A stretch of 64,000 bases of DNA from NCBI GenBank assembly GCA_951406725.2, contig OX597830.1, forward strand, positions 37,944,001 through 38,008,000, in the 5' to 3' direction. Below the pieces are notes generated by a model, which saw only the letters and a list, made by a program, of their open reading frames with translations, had not been told where the DNA came from and made no database searches. A program made the translations under genes and the position numbers. Every line of letters starts with the position of its first letter. The stretch's first letter is position 1. This stretch comes from Octopus vulgaris (Eukaryota). This document shows, in pieces, positions 63,372 through 64,000 of this stretch.

Positions 63372-64000
63372 TTAATTATATCAAAGGGAAATGGAAGTTA
63401 ATTAAAATTTACATTACCAATGGACAACCGTGTAAGAAAACTTAGTCAAAAAGACTATATATTAGTCATACGATATAGTGTGTATTTAAACACATAAGGA
63501 ATCGACTTATAGGGATTCTACACGCTAGAAAGAACAGCTAGGTTCTATAACCACAAAAATAAGGGATAAAATTCGACAGGAATGAATTTAGAAATAAAAA
63601 AACTTTTAGTCTTCTGGAGCAATTGGTTTCTGATCTTATTTTAGTGAATTAAGGAGACCTCACTAGGTTTGATCGTCCTCAGCAGTTCCAACCTAGAGTT
63701 AAACGTATACACAGGGAACAATCAAAACTACTTGTCTTATGTTTATAAGCCCTAATCTTTTCAAAATTAACTGCGCAGTTGCAGTCTTTCACTGACCTTA
63801 ATAAAAACCGCCAACTTTTAAAACAGATAATTATCCAAAGGCTTACAGTATTTAATCATATCAAAGGGAAATGGAAATTAATTAAAATTTACATTTCCAG
63901 TAGTTTAACGTGTTAGAAAATTTAGTCAAAAAGACTATATATTAGTCATACGATATAGTGTATATTTAAACACAGAAGGAATCCACTTGTAGGGATTCTA
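63369..64000 (-). mobile_element. Retrozyme-like / pLTR-like tandem element (480-bp period) next to (TA)n
   Basis: 63369-63520 is repeated at 63849-64000, with an HHR motif between the copies. Confidence 0.75.
63614..63685 (-). ncRNA. Type I hammerhead, near-intact
   Basis: rc: CUG-CUGAGGA-cGAUC..UAGUGA..UCACUA..GAUCa-GAA-AC CAAUUG cU-C-CAG. One mismatch in stem III and one in stem II. Confidence 0.6.

Overview
AT-rich, microsatellite-saturated animal DNA. The SINE, Dong/R4, Penelope and mariner repertoire is most consistent with an octopus (coleoid cephalopod) genome; this is inference. Most ORF-track entries are (TA)n/(CA)n/(TAA)n artefacts. Recognisable content is decayed transposons: CR1/L2-type LINE pieces, two Dong/R4-type RLE LINE copies in (TAA)n, Penelope-like (PLE) RT/GIY-YIG remnants, mariner/Tc1 remnants, Helentron/Helitron-like and piggyBac-like elements, and many tRNA-derived SINEs. 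There is one 100-N gap. The most striking signal is about ten type I hammerhead ribozyme (HHR) motifs in several unrelated small non-coding elements, many lying in or next to (TA)n arrays. They occur as 430-480 bp tandem units or head-to-head palindromes. Their cores covary at positions 3:8 (C-G, U-A, G-C), and many have palindromic stem III, as in retrozyme/PLE minimal HHRs. A few plus-strand exon candidates may belong to an unidentified, intron-rich host gene (low confidence).
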